This document shows, piece after piece, positions 26,765 to 35,872 of a DNA stretch of 64,000 bases. How positions within the stretch are numbered: position 1 is the stretch's first letter; every line of letters starts with the position of its first letter. The notes below the pieces were generated by a model. The model was not told the origin of the DNA. It ran no database searches and saw only the letters and a list, made by a program, of their open reading frames with translations. Position numbers and translations under genes: made by a program. This DNA comes from Verrucomicrobiia bacterium. GTDB taxonomy: Bacteria; Verrucomicrobiota; Verrucomicrobiia; Limisphaerales; UBA8199. Where the stretch lies: NCBI GenBank assembly GCA_035946615.1, contig DASYZB010000116.1, positions 16,545 to 80,544 of the forward strand, in the 5' to 3' direction.

Positions 26765-27991
26765 TCACCTCCTTCTTTGCGCCAACCACAACCAGAGCCC
26801 GCCAAGGAGCAGCCCGGCTAGAGCAGCGGCCGGCGCAAGGAGGTCCTGGGAAATTGTAAAACTGGAGACTTGCACCGACGGGACGACGGACATCCCTGGT
26901 CCGAGGGTGTGACCAGTACTGAGAGGTTCATCGAATAGAATCTTAACTGGCACCCGCTGCACTACCTTCACATAGTTGCCGACGGCGTTTTCGGGGGGCA
27001 GCAGGCTGAAGCGCGCTCCGCTGCCGGCCATGACGCTGCCCACGTGCCCGTTAAAGGCCTGGCCGGCCAATGAATCAATGGTGATGCGCACCGGTTGGTT
27101 GGCGCGGATGTGGACCAGTTGTGTCTCCTTGAAATTGGCCGTAACGAACAGGCGGTTGGGCACCAAAGCCATCAGACTTTGCCCCGCCTGGACGTAGTTG
27201 CCTTTCTCGACCGATTTTTTCGTCACACGCCCGTCCTCTGGGGCTTTGACTTGGGTGTAGGAGACATTGAGTTGGGCGGCCTGGACATCCCATTCGGCCT
27301 GGCGGGTTTGAGCCTGCGCCCGTTCGTAGCCCATGCGCCCGGCCTGGAATTGGGCCTGGGCCTGCGCCACCTTCGATTGATCGCTGGCCGCCTTCTCAAG
27401 AGCCGCTTTCAGATTGGCCTCCGCCGCCGCGGCGCTCGCTTTGGCTGTATCAAATTCCTGCGGAGAGATCGTGCGGTTTCCTATCAGCTCCTGCGCCCGC
27501 TTCAGGTCCGAGGCCGCCCGTTCGGCCAGGGCTTGCGAAGCCGCCGCTTCCGCCTGGCTCTGTTTGACGGTGGCCTCAGCCGTCGCGATTTGCGTCTGGA
27601 ACAAATCGACGCTGGCTTTGATCAAATTGACGTTTGCCTTGGCGGAATCCAAAGCGGCGCGCTTTTGGTCAAGCTCGACCTGGAGGTCTCTCGGATCGAT
27701 TTGCACCAGCAAATCCCCCTTCTTGACCGCTTCATTATCATCCACCTGCACGGCTTGGATGCGGCCAGCCACCTTTGGGGCTATGGTAACAATATTTGCG
27801 TCGAGAAAGGCATCGTCAGTCGTTTCGTGTGTAAAGGTTTCGACCAGGTAACAGAAGCCAAAGAAGAACAACAACGCCAGGACCGCCGTTCCGATCAAAA
27901 TCACGGGCCAGCGCCTCCAAATGGGGCGCTTGGGTGGCCGGGATTGAACCCCCGGCGCGGTTGTCGGTTCGACCTTCTGCGTTTGTTCCAT
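26765..27991 (-). CDS. HlyD-family membrane fusion protein (EmrA-like)
   Basis: N-terminal TM, then 'TDDAFLDANIVTIAPKVAGRI', a long coiled-coil A/Q/E-rich segment, and 'YTQVKAPEDGRVTKK'. Directly upstream of the MFS gene. Confidence 0.85.
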   Translation of the reverse strand: MEQTQKVEPTTAPGVQSRPPKRPIWRRWPVILIGTAVLALLFFFGFCYLVETFTHETTDDAFLDANIVTIAPKVAGRIQAVQVDDNEAVKKGDLLVQIDPRDLQVELDQKRAALDSAKANVNLIKASVDLFQTQIATAEATVKQSQAEAAASQALAERAASDLKRAQELIGNRTISPQEFDTAKASAAAAEANLKAALEKAASDQSKVAQAQAQFQAGRMGYERAQAQTRQAEWDVQAAQLNVSYTQVKAPEDGRVTKKSVEKGNYVQAGQSLMALVPNRLFVTANFKETQLVHIRANQPVRITIDSLAGQAFNGHVGSVMAGSGARFSLLPPENAVGNYVKVVQRVPVKILFDEPLSTGHTLGPGMSVVPSVQVSSFTISQDLLAPAAALAGLLLGGLWLWLAQRRR

Positions 27992-28117
27992 CGGTGTCCC
28001 TTAAGGCAAATCTGAGCGTTTCGACTCGGTGAATAATCGCGGCAGAAAAGGCGGCTGTCGAGTTGCCAATTCACAGAGAGAGACGGAGGGAGACCGGGCT
28101 TCGTGAACTCGGCCCTC

Positions 28118-30394
28118 TCAGTGCATCACGACATAAAGCGCATCGGTTGGGAACTTGAACCGTTTTTGATCGCCGGAACTTTCCAGCGGGATATCTTTGA
28201 GCGGCATTCCATTGGGGTCCAGGACGGTTGCTGTTGTAATATCAGGGTTGCGGATGATGACCGTTACGTCCGCCTGCACAATCATCCAGGGCGCATGGCC
28301 GAAGCTGACCACTTCTTCGCCGGGACGGCCATGGAGCTGGACGGGCTTGGTTTTCCAATCCAGTGGCCGTTCCGTTGTGCCAACCTGCACGAGGATTTTA
28401 GCGGACTCTGTCAATGCCTTATCATCCATCGCAACTGCCAGGACGGTGGCATAATCGTTGCCGGATTGAATATCGATGGCAGCGAGCTTGAAATCGCGTT
28501 GTGTGCTTAGAAAACCAGTTACCCCCTGCGCCTTGGGCGCATTCAAGGTGCAGAGCCCGTTGCCGTAATCCATTTGTAACTGGCCGGTGATAGATTCAAT
28601 CCGCTTCTTGTCCTCCTGGATGAATGGGCGCAGGTCGGTTACATGGCTCTGAGATGGGTCGCCCCCGTATTTTACCAGGACAGGACCAACGAGGTAGGCC
28701 AAAGGATTCACGCCATCTTTAATATTCGATTCCTTCGAGCGCTCCCCTTTGTCGCGGTTAGGGTCATAGCCGGCGTCCTCGGCGATGATAGGCATTCGGC
28801 GGCGCCAGAGGTCGTCGAGCGCGCGTTGTTCGTACACCACCGGCTGGCCTTCGGCGATATAGCGGCGCCGGTACATCAATGCCGTCGCCGGCCACTGGCC
28901 CATCAGCATCGGTGTGGCGCACACCCATTTGCCTTCGGAAGGCATAAAACCATTGGCCGAGCCAGGCTGGCGCCAGTCCTCCTCGCCGGTTGCGAACCAG
29001 TAAAACGCGTCGATACCCGTCAAGGATTGATAGGCAGCCACCAGAAACGGCCCCTCGGATTGGTAACCTTGTGGCGGAACCCAGGAACTCTCGGTGACGA
29101 GCATCGGGAAGCCATCCACCTGCTTGAGAGTCAGCGGGAACTCGCGAGGATGAAGCAGGACGCTGTCATCGGTGAAGCGGTCTCCATTGATGATGGCCCA
29201 CCCGCTATCTTTTCCTTCATGAAGCCCGCCATAGTAGCGGTTGACGGCCATCACATCGTTGGCGGTGTAGGACCACCGCTCCGCATCGAGCATGACGACA
29301 TTATCAGCCGCGCGCCAGTTACCGGCGTTGACGAGTTGCTTGCATCTAAGTTGGTTTCGCAGGTACTCGCCAATCATCCGGTTGAAATCGCGCATGGTCT
29401 CGGTGAGAAACTGCATCTGGTCGGCACAGCGCTGTTGCTGGCCTGCGCTGCCGCCGTGCTGAGTCAACTGCCAAACAATGTAGAGCGCCGCCTCGCCCTG
29501 GGCGAAGTTGTCGGGCGCATCCTGGTCTGGAGACGGCGCCGCCCCGTTCCAGGCCTGAGCCGCCTTTTCGAGTGAGCCGTATTTGCGGACCAAAAAACCA
29601 CCGAATTGGCGGCGCAGTTCCTTTTTTGCCGAGCCTTTAATGGCCTGGCTGGTCCAAAAGAGGAGCGAGTCTTCGTTTTGGATTTCGACGATGGCCAGGG
29701 CGGGGTCCTGGGCCAGCGGGATGTCCGTGTAGGGGTTCTTCTCTGTGAGCACCAGTTTTAGCCAATGCATGTAGGCCTCCTGGAGCTTGCGATCGAAGAA
29801 TAGCAGGCCCCAATTGCCGGCGCCGCCTGTGTCGAGGATGCCCATCGAGGGTTTGACGCGCGCCGGCCCGGCCCAATAAGGCGAGTAAGTCACGTAGATG
29901 CCTTCTTTCTTCATGGCGGCCACTCCTTTCCAGAGATGGTCGCGGTCCGCCTGGTCAATTTCCATCAGGTCACTGCCGGTTGGGGTGATGTTGCAATGGA
30001 AGCGGACCATGTTGATACCGCGTTTGGCCAGAAACCGGGCGTGGCGGGCCGGGTCTTTGTCGAATGCGAAGTCGTTGACTGCCCAGAAGCGGGCCGGCGT
30101 CCCATCGCTGAAGGAAAAGTCATTACCGTCTTTGGAGCGGGTGAGGAAGCCGTGCTGGCCGGCGATCTGCTCATTGAGCGCGCGCAAATCGAGCAAGGCC
30201 TGGGGATTAAACTGGTCCCGTGCCGGTGTGAAAGCCCAGCGGCCTTGAGCTGTGACTTCCGATGTGGCGGAGTTGGAAACAGCGGATTGGCCCGGCGGCT
30301 CTCCGTTCACGGAACACTCAGCGAACGCAACGGCACAAACCCAAAAACACAATACAAGGTTCATTCTGACCCGAACGGCCAGTTTCAGACACAT
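28118..30394 (-). CDS. secreted glycoside hydrolase, clan GH-A TIM-barrel type (family not assigned)
   Basis: ORF 28118..30751, but the 5' part overlaps the RND gene. ATG at 30394 or 30364 gives the signal peptide '...MNLVLCFWVCAVAFA'. Candidate acid/base 'IVEIQNEDSLLFW' and nucleophile 'MLVTESSW'. Confidence 0.65.
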   Translation of the reverse strand: MCLKLAVRVRMNLVLCFWVCAVAFAECSVNGEPPGQSAVSNSATSEVTAQGRWAFTPARDQFNPQALLDLRALNEQIAGQHGFLTRSKDGNDFSFSDGTPARFWAVNDFAFDKDPARHARFLAKRGINMVRFHCNITPTGSDLMEIDQADRDHLWKGVAAMKKEGIYVTYSPYWAGPARVKPSMGILDTGGAGNWGLLFFDRKLQEAYMHWLKLVLTEKNPYTDIPLAQDPALAIVEIQNEDSLLFWTSQAIKGSAKKELRRQFGGFLVRKYGSLEKAAQAWNGAAPSPDQDAPDNFAQGEAALYIVWQLTQHGGSAGQQQRCADQMQFLTETMRDFNRMIGEYLRNQLRCKQLVNAGNWRAADNVVMLDAERWSYTANDVMAVNRYYGGLHEGKDSGWAIINGDRFTDDSVLLHPREFPLTLKQVDGFPMLVTESSWVPPQGYQSEGPFLVAAYQSLTGIDAFYWFATGEEDWRQPGSANGFMPSEGKWVCATPMLMGQWPATALMYRRRYIAEGQPVVYEQRALDDLWRRRMPIIAEDAGYDPNRDKGERSKESNIKDGVNPLAYLVGPVLVKYGGDPSQSHVTDLRPFIQEDKKRIESITGQLQMDYGNGLCTLNAPKAQGVTGFLSTQRDFKLAAIDIQSGNDYATVLAVAMDDKALTESAKILVQVGTTERPLDWKTKPVQLHGRPGEEVVSFGHAPWMIVQADVTVIIRNPDITTATVLDPNGMPLKDIPLESSGDQKRFKFPTDALYVVMH

Positions 30395-30492
30395 AGCATT
30401 CTGGTTTGATGCTGAGATAAAGCTGTCCGAAAGCAAGCGAAATGACAGCGAAATGGGGGCTGCGATGAGACCAGTGAGACCAGCAGTGGTCC

Positions 30493-33400
30493 TCAAGTCG
30501 TTGGGTGGCTTTCCTGGGCATCCGGGGCTGCGCCTTCGGGCAGGTTGGGTGTCTGTCGCCGATAAATGGAATAATACGCAGCGGGTACTATGAAAACCGT
30601 CAGCACCACTGAGGCCGCCAGGCCGCCAATGATGGCCCGTGCCAAAGGAGCATAGGCCTCGCTGCCCGTGCCCAGCTTGGCCGCCAGCGGCAGCAACCCT
30701 ATGAGCGTCGCCAGCGACGTCATCAGGACGGGACGGAGGCGCACCCGGCACGCCAGCGAGACCGCTTCGCGCAAGGGCTTGCCCTCTCGCCGGAGACGCC
30801 GTGTAAACTCAACGATGAGGATGCTGTTAGACACGACGATGCCTACCATCATCACAACGCCCATCAATGACATCACGTTGACAGTGGTAGCGGTGAAAAA
30901 AAGCATCAGTAAAACGCCGGTCAACCCGGTTGGCACTGCCAGCAAGATCAGCAACGGGTCCAGGAACGACTCGAACTGTGCTGCCAGGATGAGATAGACC
31001 AACAAGGTGGCCAGAATCAGCCCGAGGCCGAAACTTTTAAACGAGGTGCGCATGGCTTGCACCGAACCTCGCACCGATACACGCACCCCTTCGGGCAAGG
31101 GGGTCTGGCGAATCACCTTCTGCGCCCCGTTAAAGACTCCCTGGAGGTCCTCGCCGTTCGGCGCCACGTAAACGTCCACGACGCGCCGCAACTGGTAATG
31201 ATCCACTTCGGTCGGCGCCTGTGACCGCCAGATTTGGCTCAGATTCTCCAGCCGGGTCGTCTTGAGCAACCGCGCCGCCCGCAGCGGCAGTGCGCTGAGC
31301 GCCGCCAGATTCTTCACGTAATCCTCGGGGTACTGCACGGTGAGAAAGTAATCATTGCCGGTTTTGGGGTCCACCCAGTAGCTCGGGGCGATCATCGCAT
31401 CGGAAGTCAGCGCCGTGATAACGCTGCTCACCGCCTCTTTTGCGCTCAAGCCCAATTGATCGGCGCGGACGCGATCGATATTTAAATTCAACGCCGGGTA
31501 ATCCATGTCTTGTGGCACCAGCACGTCACTGACGCCCGGCAGACGACGGACCTTCTGCGCGATTTGGGTCGCGGTCGCGTGCGCGGCCGCCAGATCCAGG
31601 GCACTGACGGCGATATCCATGGGTGCGGGCATCCCCAGGTCAAGGATGGCGCCCACGAGGCCGCCGGTGCGGAAGTAGGCAGTTACTTGGGGCAGATCGC
31701 GTTTGACCCGCTGGCGCACGCGTTGCATGTACTCAAAGGAACTCTGATGAGAGTGAGGTTGGAGACCCACCTGAATAAACGCCGTGTGCGGGCCGGAGTT
31801 GGGGGTGTAGATGGAGGAGAAGCCCGGCATGACACCGATGTTAGCCACCACGATCTTGATGTCCTTAGCCGGAACGACTTGCCTGACGATGCCCTCGACC
31901 TTGCCGACGAGTTTATCGGTCAATTCCAGACGCAGGCCGGTAGGGGCCTTGATGTTAATGACGAACTGGCCCGGGTCGGTCTGCGGGAAGTATGCCTTCC
32001 CGATGAATGGATACACGGCCAGGCTTAATACGAACAAACCGGTGATCCCCAGTACCGTAGCCGCGGGCCGAATCAGCGCTAGGTTCAACACCGCCGCATA
32101 TTGGTCGAGCATTTGCTGGAACTTGCGATTGAACCAGTCATTGAACCGCCGGCCCCAACCCTTGCGCTCGACCGGCCCGCCAGCGGACCCTTGCCCATGA
32201 GCTTTAAGCAATTTGGCACAGAACAGTGGCACGACCGTTAGCGCCACGAAATAAGAGGCGAACAGCGATAACACGACGCCCAGAGCCAGCGCCGTGAAGA
32301 GGAAGCGGCTGACGCCGTAGAGGAATGTCACCGGAAAAAATACCACCGCTGTCGCGAACGTCGCCGCCAGAACCGGCAGGGCCACTTCTTTACCACCTTG
32401 CTCTGCCGCGATGTGCGGGGGTTCCCCACTTTCGAGGTGGCGGAAAATGTTTTCCAGCACGACGACTGAATTGTCGATGAGCCGGGAAAAGGCCAGCGCC
32501 AGCCCGCCCAGCAGCATCACGTTGATGGTGCTACCGCCCAAGGACAAGCCAATGAATGCGGCCAGCGCCGAGAGCGGAATGCACAGAAACACCGCCGCCG
32601 TTGCGCGCAGGCTGCCGAGGAAAACGAGGATCAGCAGCCCCGTCAGAAGCAAGCCGATCAGCCCTTCATCGATGAGGTTGCGAATTGCCGAGCGGACAAA
32701 GAGCGACTGATCGAATACGACATCGGGCGCCAGTTCTTTTGGGACATCCACCAAGTTTCGCACCACTTTCTTGATGCCGTCCACTACTGCAATGGTGTTG
32801 TCCTCACCCCCTTGCTTGAGTACCGGCAGATAGACCGATGGCTGGCCGTCCACCCGGACGATACAGTTCTGAATCTGGGAGGCGTCCTCGGCTTGGCCGA
32901 CGTCACCCACCAACACCGTGGCCTGGCCAACGCTTTTGAGCGGAATTCGGTTGATTTCCTGGATGGCGTTGATTTGGCTGTTGGCATAGACGTTGTAGTC
33001 GAAGGGGCCGATCTTCACGTCCCCCGCGGGCAGGATCAGATTGGCGTCGTTTACCCGCCGCACGACATCCATCACGCTTAGCCCATATGCCTCCAGCTTC
33101 AGGGGGTCCACATAAACCATAATCTGCCGATAGCGGCCGCCGAAAGGCTGGGGTACGGAGGCGCCCTGGACGTTTGCCATCTGATCACGCACCTCAAACT
33201 GCCCCAGATCGCGCAATTGCGTCTCATTGAGTCCCTTGCCTTTCAAGGTCACCAGGCAAACCGGGAGGCTCGAAGCATCGAACTTGAGCACCACCGGCGG
33301 CAGTGTCCCGGGCGGTAGCCGTCGCAGGTCTGCCATCGCCAGGTTCGCGATCGTTGTCACGGCAGCGTCCGGGTTGACTCTGGGCTGGAAAAAAATCTTG

Positions 33401-33666
33401 ATCAGGCTCACTCCGCTGAGGGAGCGCGATTCAATGTGATCCAGGCCGGCGGCCAGCGTGAAAAAACGTTCAAATCGCCCGGTGATGTCGTTCTCGACCT
33501 GCTCCGGTGGCATGCCCGAAAAAAATGTTGCCACCACGACGACCGGGATTTTGATGGGCGGAAACAGGTCCACCGGCATACGGAGCAGGCTGGTCAGGCC
33601 GACGACGCATACGATGAGGCAGGCCACGATGATCACGTAAGGATGGCGAATGGAAAAGCGCGACAT
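30493..33666 (-). CDS. RND (AcrB/HAE1-type) efflux permease
   Basis: 1057 aa. 'MSRFSIRHPYVIIVACLIVCVVGL' with a 12-TM, two-large-loop architecture. 'VLENIFRH' and 'VEFTRRLRREG' are typical of the family. Confidence 0.9.
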   Translation of the reverse strand: MSRFSIRHPYVIIVACLIVCVVGLTSLLRMPVDLFPPIKIPVVVVATFFSGMPPEQVENDITGRFERFFTLAAGLDHIESRSLSGVSLIKIFFQPRVNPDAAVTTIANLAMADLRRLPPGTLPPVVLKFDASSLPVCLVTLKGKGLNETQLRDLGQFEVRDQMANVQGASVPQPFGGRYRQIMVYVDPLKLEAYGLSVMDVVRRVNDANLILPAGDVKIGPFDYNVYANSQINAIQEINRIPLKSVGQATVLVGDVGQAEDASQIQNCIVRVDGQPSVYLPVLKQGGEDNTIAVVDGIKKVVRNLVDVPKELAPDVVFDQSLFVRSAIRNLIDEGLIGLLLTGLLILVFLGSLRATAAVFLCIPLSALAAFIGLSLGGSTINVMLLGGLALAFSRLIDNSVVVLENIFRHLESGEPPHIAAEQGGKEVALPVLAATFATAVVFFPVTFLYGVSRFLFTALALGVVLSLFASYFVALTVVPLFCAKLLKAHGQGSAGGPVERKGWGRRFNDWFNRKFQQMLDQYAAVLNLALIRPAATVLGITGLFVLSLAVYPFIGKAYFPQTDPGQFVINIKAPTGLRLELTDKLVGKVEGIVRQVVPAKDIKIVVANIGVMPGFSSIYTPNSGPHTAFIQVGLQPHSHQSSFEYMQRVRQRVKRDLPQVTAYFRTGGLVGAILDLGMPAPMDIAVSALDLAAAHATATQIAQKVRRLPGVSDVLVPQDMDYPALNLNIDRVRADQLGLSAKEAVSSVITALTSDAMIAPSYWVDPKTGNDYFLTVQYPEDYVKNLAALSALPLRAARLLKTTRLENLSQIWRSQAPTEVDHYQLRRVVDVYVAPNGEDLQGVFNGAQKVIRQTPLPEGVRVSVRGSVQAMRTSFKSFGLGLILATLLVYLILAAQFESFLDPLLILLAVPTGLTGVLLMLFFTATTVNVMSLMGVVMMVGIVVSNSILIVEFTRRLRREGKPLREAVSLACRVRLRPVLMTSLATLIGLLPLAAKLGTGSEAYAPLARAIIGGLAASVVLTVFIVPAAYYSIYRRQTPNLPEGAAPDAQESHPTT

Positions 33667-33702
33667 GGACTGGGCTGCTCCCTCTCACGGCAGCATGGCG
33701 GT

Positions 33703-34437
33703 TCAGCCTTTCGCGATGGCGGCCCGGAGTTTTTCGAGCGAAAACTCCGGCGAGCGACAGAGGGCGATGATGGCCCGTTCTTTAGCGTCGATTTCCGCCG
33801 CGATGGCCGGAATCTCAGCGGCGATGGTCAGGGGAACGGATTGGATACCATGGCAATCCCCGTGAAGCAAATCGCCGGAGTGGATCTTAAGTCCGCCGAT
33901 TTCGACCGGCTGTCCGATCTCGACGATGTGAACATAAGAGTGCGACACCGCCAAGCCGCCGGCAAAGTAATGGAATCCGGCGCTCTCGGCCGCCGGCAGA
34001 TCGCGCACCCCGCCGTTGGTGACCACGCCAACACATTGGAGCGCTCGCAGAATATTCATGTGCACGGCTCCTATTAGCGAGCCGAGCCCGGGACGAGTGG
34101 CTATATCTTGCACCACTGCCACCCGGGGCACGGGCAGGGACAAGACGTAATCCCACCAGTCGGTCCGTTCCGGGTACACCCCCCCCGCCGTCGGAGGCGC
34201 TGAACCGCGAATCCGCAGCGTGGCCGCATAGCCAACCATCGGCTCAAGGCGCGGACAGAGGCAATGCACGGTGTGGTCAACAAAGCCTTCATTGCGCAAG
34301 CGCCTCTGAAAAGTCTCAATCGCATTGGCCAGGGTGCCTGCGGGCAGGCGCCTTAAGGCTTCCAGCAGGTTTGCTTCCAGCGGTTCAATCTTGCGATCTT
34401 CTGCGAGGCCATCGGCAAATTTTCCCGGAGTCTGCAT
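33703..34437 (-). CDS. RraA-family protein (putative 4-hydroxy-4-methyl-2-oxoglutarate aldolase/demethylmenaquinone methyltransferase-like)
   Basis: 'GSLIGAVHMNILRALQCVGVVTNGGVRDL' and 'GDLLHGDCHGI' match the RraA/HMG aldolase fold motifs. Confidence 0.75.
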   Translation of the reverse strand: MQTPGKFADGLAEDRKIEPLEANLLEALRRLPAGTLANAIETFQRRLRNEGFVDHTVHCLCPRLEPMVGYAATLRIRGSAPPTAGGVYPERTDWWDYVLSLPVPRVAVVQDIATRPGLGSLIGAVHMNILRALQCVGVVTNGGVRDLPAAESAGFHYFAGGLAVSHSYVHIVEIGQPVEIGGLKIHSGDLLHGDCHGIQSVPLTIAAEIPAIAAEIDAKERAIIALCRSPEFSLEKLRAAIAKG

Positions 34438-34589
34438 GGTTTATTGATATGGATTGGTTTACCTCTTGACGCAGTGCCGGTTTATTGTCGCCGCGATAGT
34501 GAAGGAGAATTGGTCTTGCGTCCCGCTCATGCTCAGGCGCATCGTACCATTGGTGATCGTCTGCGTCAACCCCTAATTCCCTCCTTCCC

Positions 34590-34690
34590 GTAATCGGTTA
34601 GTGACGGCGGGCGTGGCGGCCTAAAGGCGGCGTTCCGCGCGTCCGGAACGCCGGCTTCAGCCGGCAGCCCCGTAGTCACTGAGGCGTTAC
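34590..34690 (-). mobile_element. MITE copy 2 (101 bp, inverted orientation) with 8-bp target-site duplication
   Basis: The reverse complement is ~95% identical by eye to copies 1 and 3. Flanked by a perfect 'tccttccc' repeat (34582..34589 and 34691..34698). Confidence 0.9.
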
Positions 34691-34767
34691 TCCTTCCCAA
34701 ACCCTCGCCTTAGCGCCCTTGCGAAAGCGCGCAGGATGAGCGAAAGTAGCCTAACAAAGGAAAACCT

Positions 34768-34995
34768 ATGGAAGAACCAAATCGGGTGAATGCACAGGCG
34801 GGTGAAATGAAAGCTAAACTCCAAAACGTTATCGAAAAGGCCAACGGGGTTTGCGAGCGTCTGCGAGACCAGACGGCTGCCGCCGCCAAGACCACCGACA
34901 AAACCATCCGCGACTATCCGTATCAGGCTATGGGAATCGCGTTGTGCGTGGGTGTGCTCGTCGGCGTGCTGGCGATGCGGAGCAGGCGCGACTGA
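34768..34995 (+). CDS. DUF883 (ElaB/YqjD/YgaM-like) tail-anchored membrane protein
   Basis: 75 aa. The helical N-terminus ends in 'IRDYPYQAMGIALCVGVLVGVLAMRSRR', the family's hallmark C-terminal anchor. Confidence 0.7.
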   Translation: MEEPNRVNAQAGEMKAKLQNVIEKANGVCERLRDQTAAAAKTTDKTIRDYPYQAMGIALCVGVLVGVLAMRSRRD

Positions 34996-35140
34996 GAGCG
35001 GGCCAATCAAAGAGACCAAAAATACGAAAAGTCCTTGAACCCATCAGGGATTAGATGGTATCTGAAAATGATGCGGCGAATCGGCGCCCGGTGGCGCATT
35101 TGGCGGAAGGAATGCACTCGTGTTGGTTACAAGAATATTC

Positions 35141-35845
35141 ATGCGTTTGAGAATCTGGACATCCTACGTTGCGGTGGTTTGCGCTGGCTTCGTCTCCTTT
35201 TTGTTTTTCCGCTTCCCCTTCAATTTTACCCGCGTGCGGGGACGGAATAATATTCCCCCGCGTGGGGAACGGGTGCTTTTCGTCTCGAATCACACCACTA
35301 TGTACGATTCGTTTCTCATCGCCGTAGCCGCCTATTTTCCGCAAAATATTTTTTACCCGTCCCTCCCCTTTGTGAATTTCGCCGCCCGGGAGAATTTCTT
35401 CCGCACCCGGTTTTCCAAGACCCTCTTTACTCTCCTACGAACTGTCCCGGTTGAACGGCGCGATCATCCTTGGCTGATGCGCAAATACGTCGATTTTCTG
35501 CAACGCAACAATCTGCTCATCTTCTATCAAGGCACGCGCAGTGATGATCTTTCGGTCATCAAGAATGGTCCCGCCTATGCCATCGCGCACACTCAGTCTG
35601 CGATCACCGTCATCCCGGTGTACCATCAGGGCATCGAACGGATTTTCAGCAAAGGCGGACCAAAAACCCGGGGACTGTGGCGCTGGCTGCCCCGCAGCAT
35701 CTTCCGCCGCCCGATTGTCGTTTTCGGCCAGCCGATTGATTTCTCTGAATGCTTTCGGCTCACCGAAACCCGCGAGCGCATCACTGCCATCAACCAGCGT
35801 ATCGTCGCCAGCATCGTCTCTCTGCAAGCGCTTGCCACCGCTTGA
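35141..35845 (+). CDS. 1-acyl-sn-glycerol-3-phosphate acyltransferase family protein (PlsC-like)
   Basis: HX4D motif 'FVSNHTTMYDSF', 'FYQGTRS' and 'VIPVYHQG'. The ATG at 35141 is preferred over the GTG at 35120. Confidence 0.75.
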   Translation: MRLRIWTSYVAVVCAGFVSFLFFRFPFNFTRVRGRNNIPPRGERVLFVSNHTTMYDSFLIAVAAYFPQNIFYPSLPFVNFAARENFFRTRFSKTLFTLLRTVPVERRDHPWLMRKYVDFLQRNNLLIFYQGTRSDDLSVIKNGPAYAIAHTQSAITVIPVYHQGIERIFSKGGPKTRGLWRWLPRSIFRRPIVVFGQPIDFSECFRLTETRERITAINQRIVASIVSLQALATA

Positions 35846-35872
35846 CTTCAACAATTGAAGGCGGGGACCCGG

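Noticed and set aside
30395-30751. 5' extension of the glycoside hydrolase ORF. Similar 5' extensions occur at 848..958, 18025..18153, 37406..37483, 5349..5411, 22991..23143 and 39205..39258.
   Set aside because: The extensions overlap the 3' end of the upstream gene or lack protein-like composition. Internal starts give proper signal peptides or ATGA-coupled junctions.
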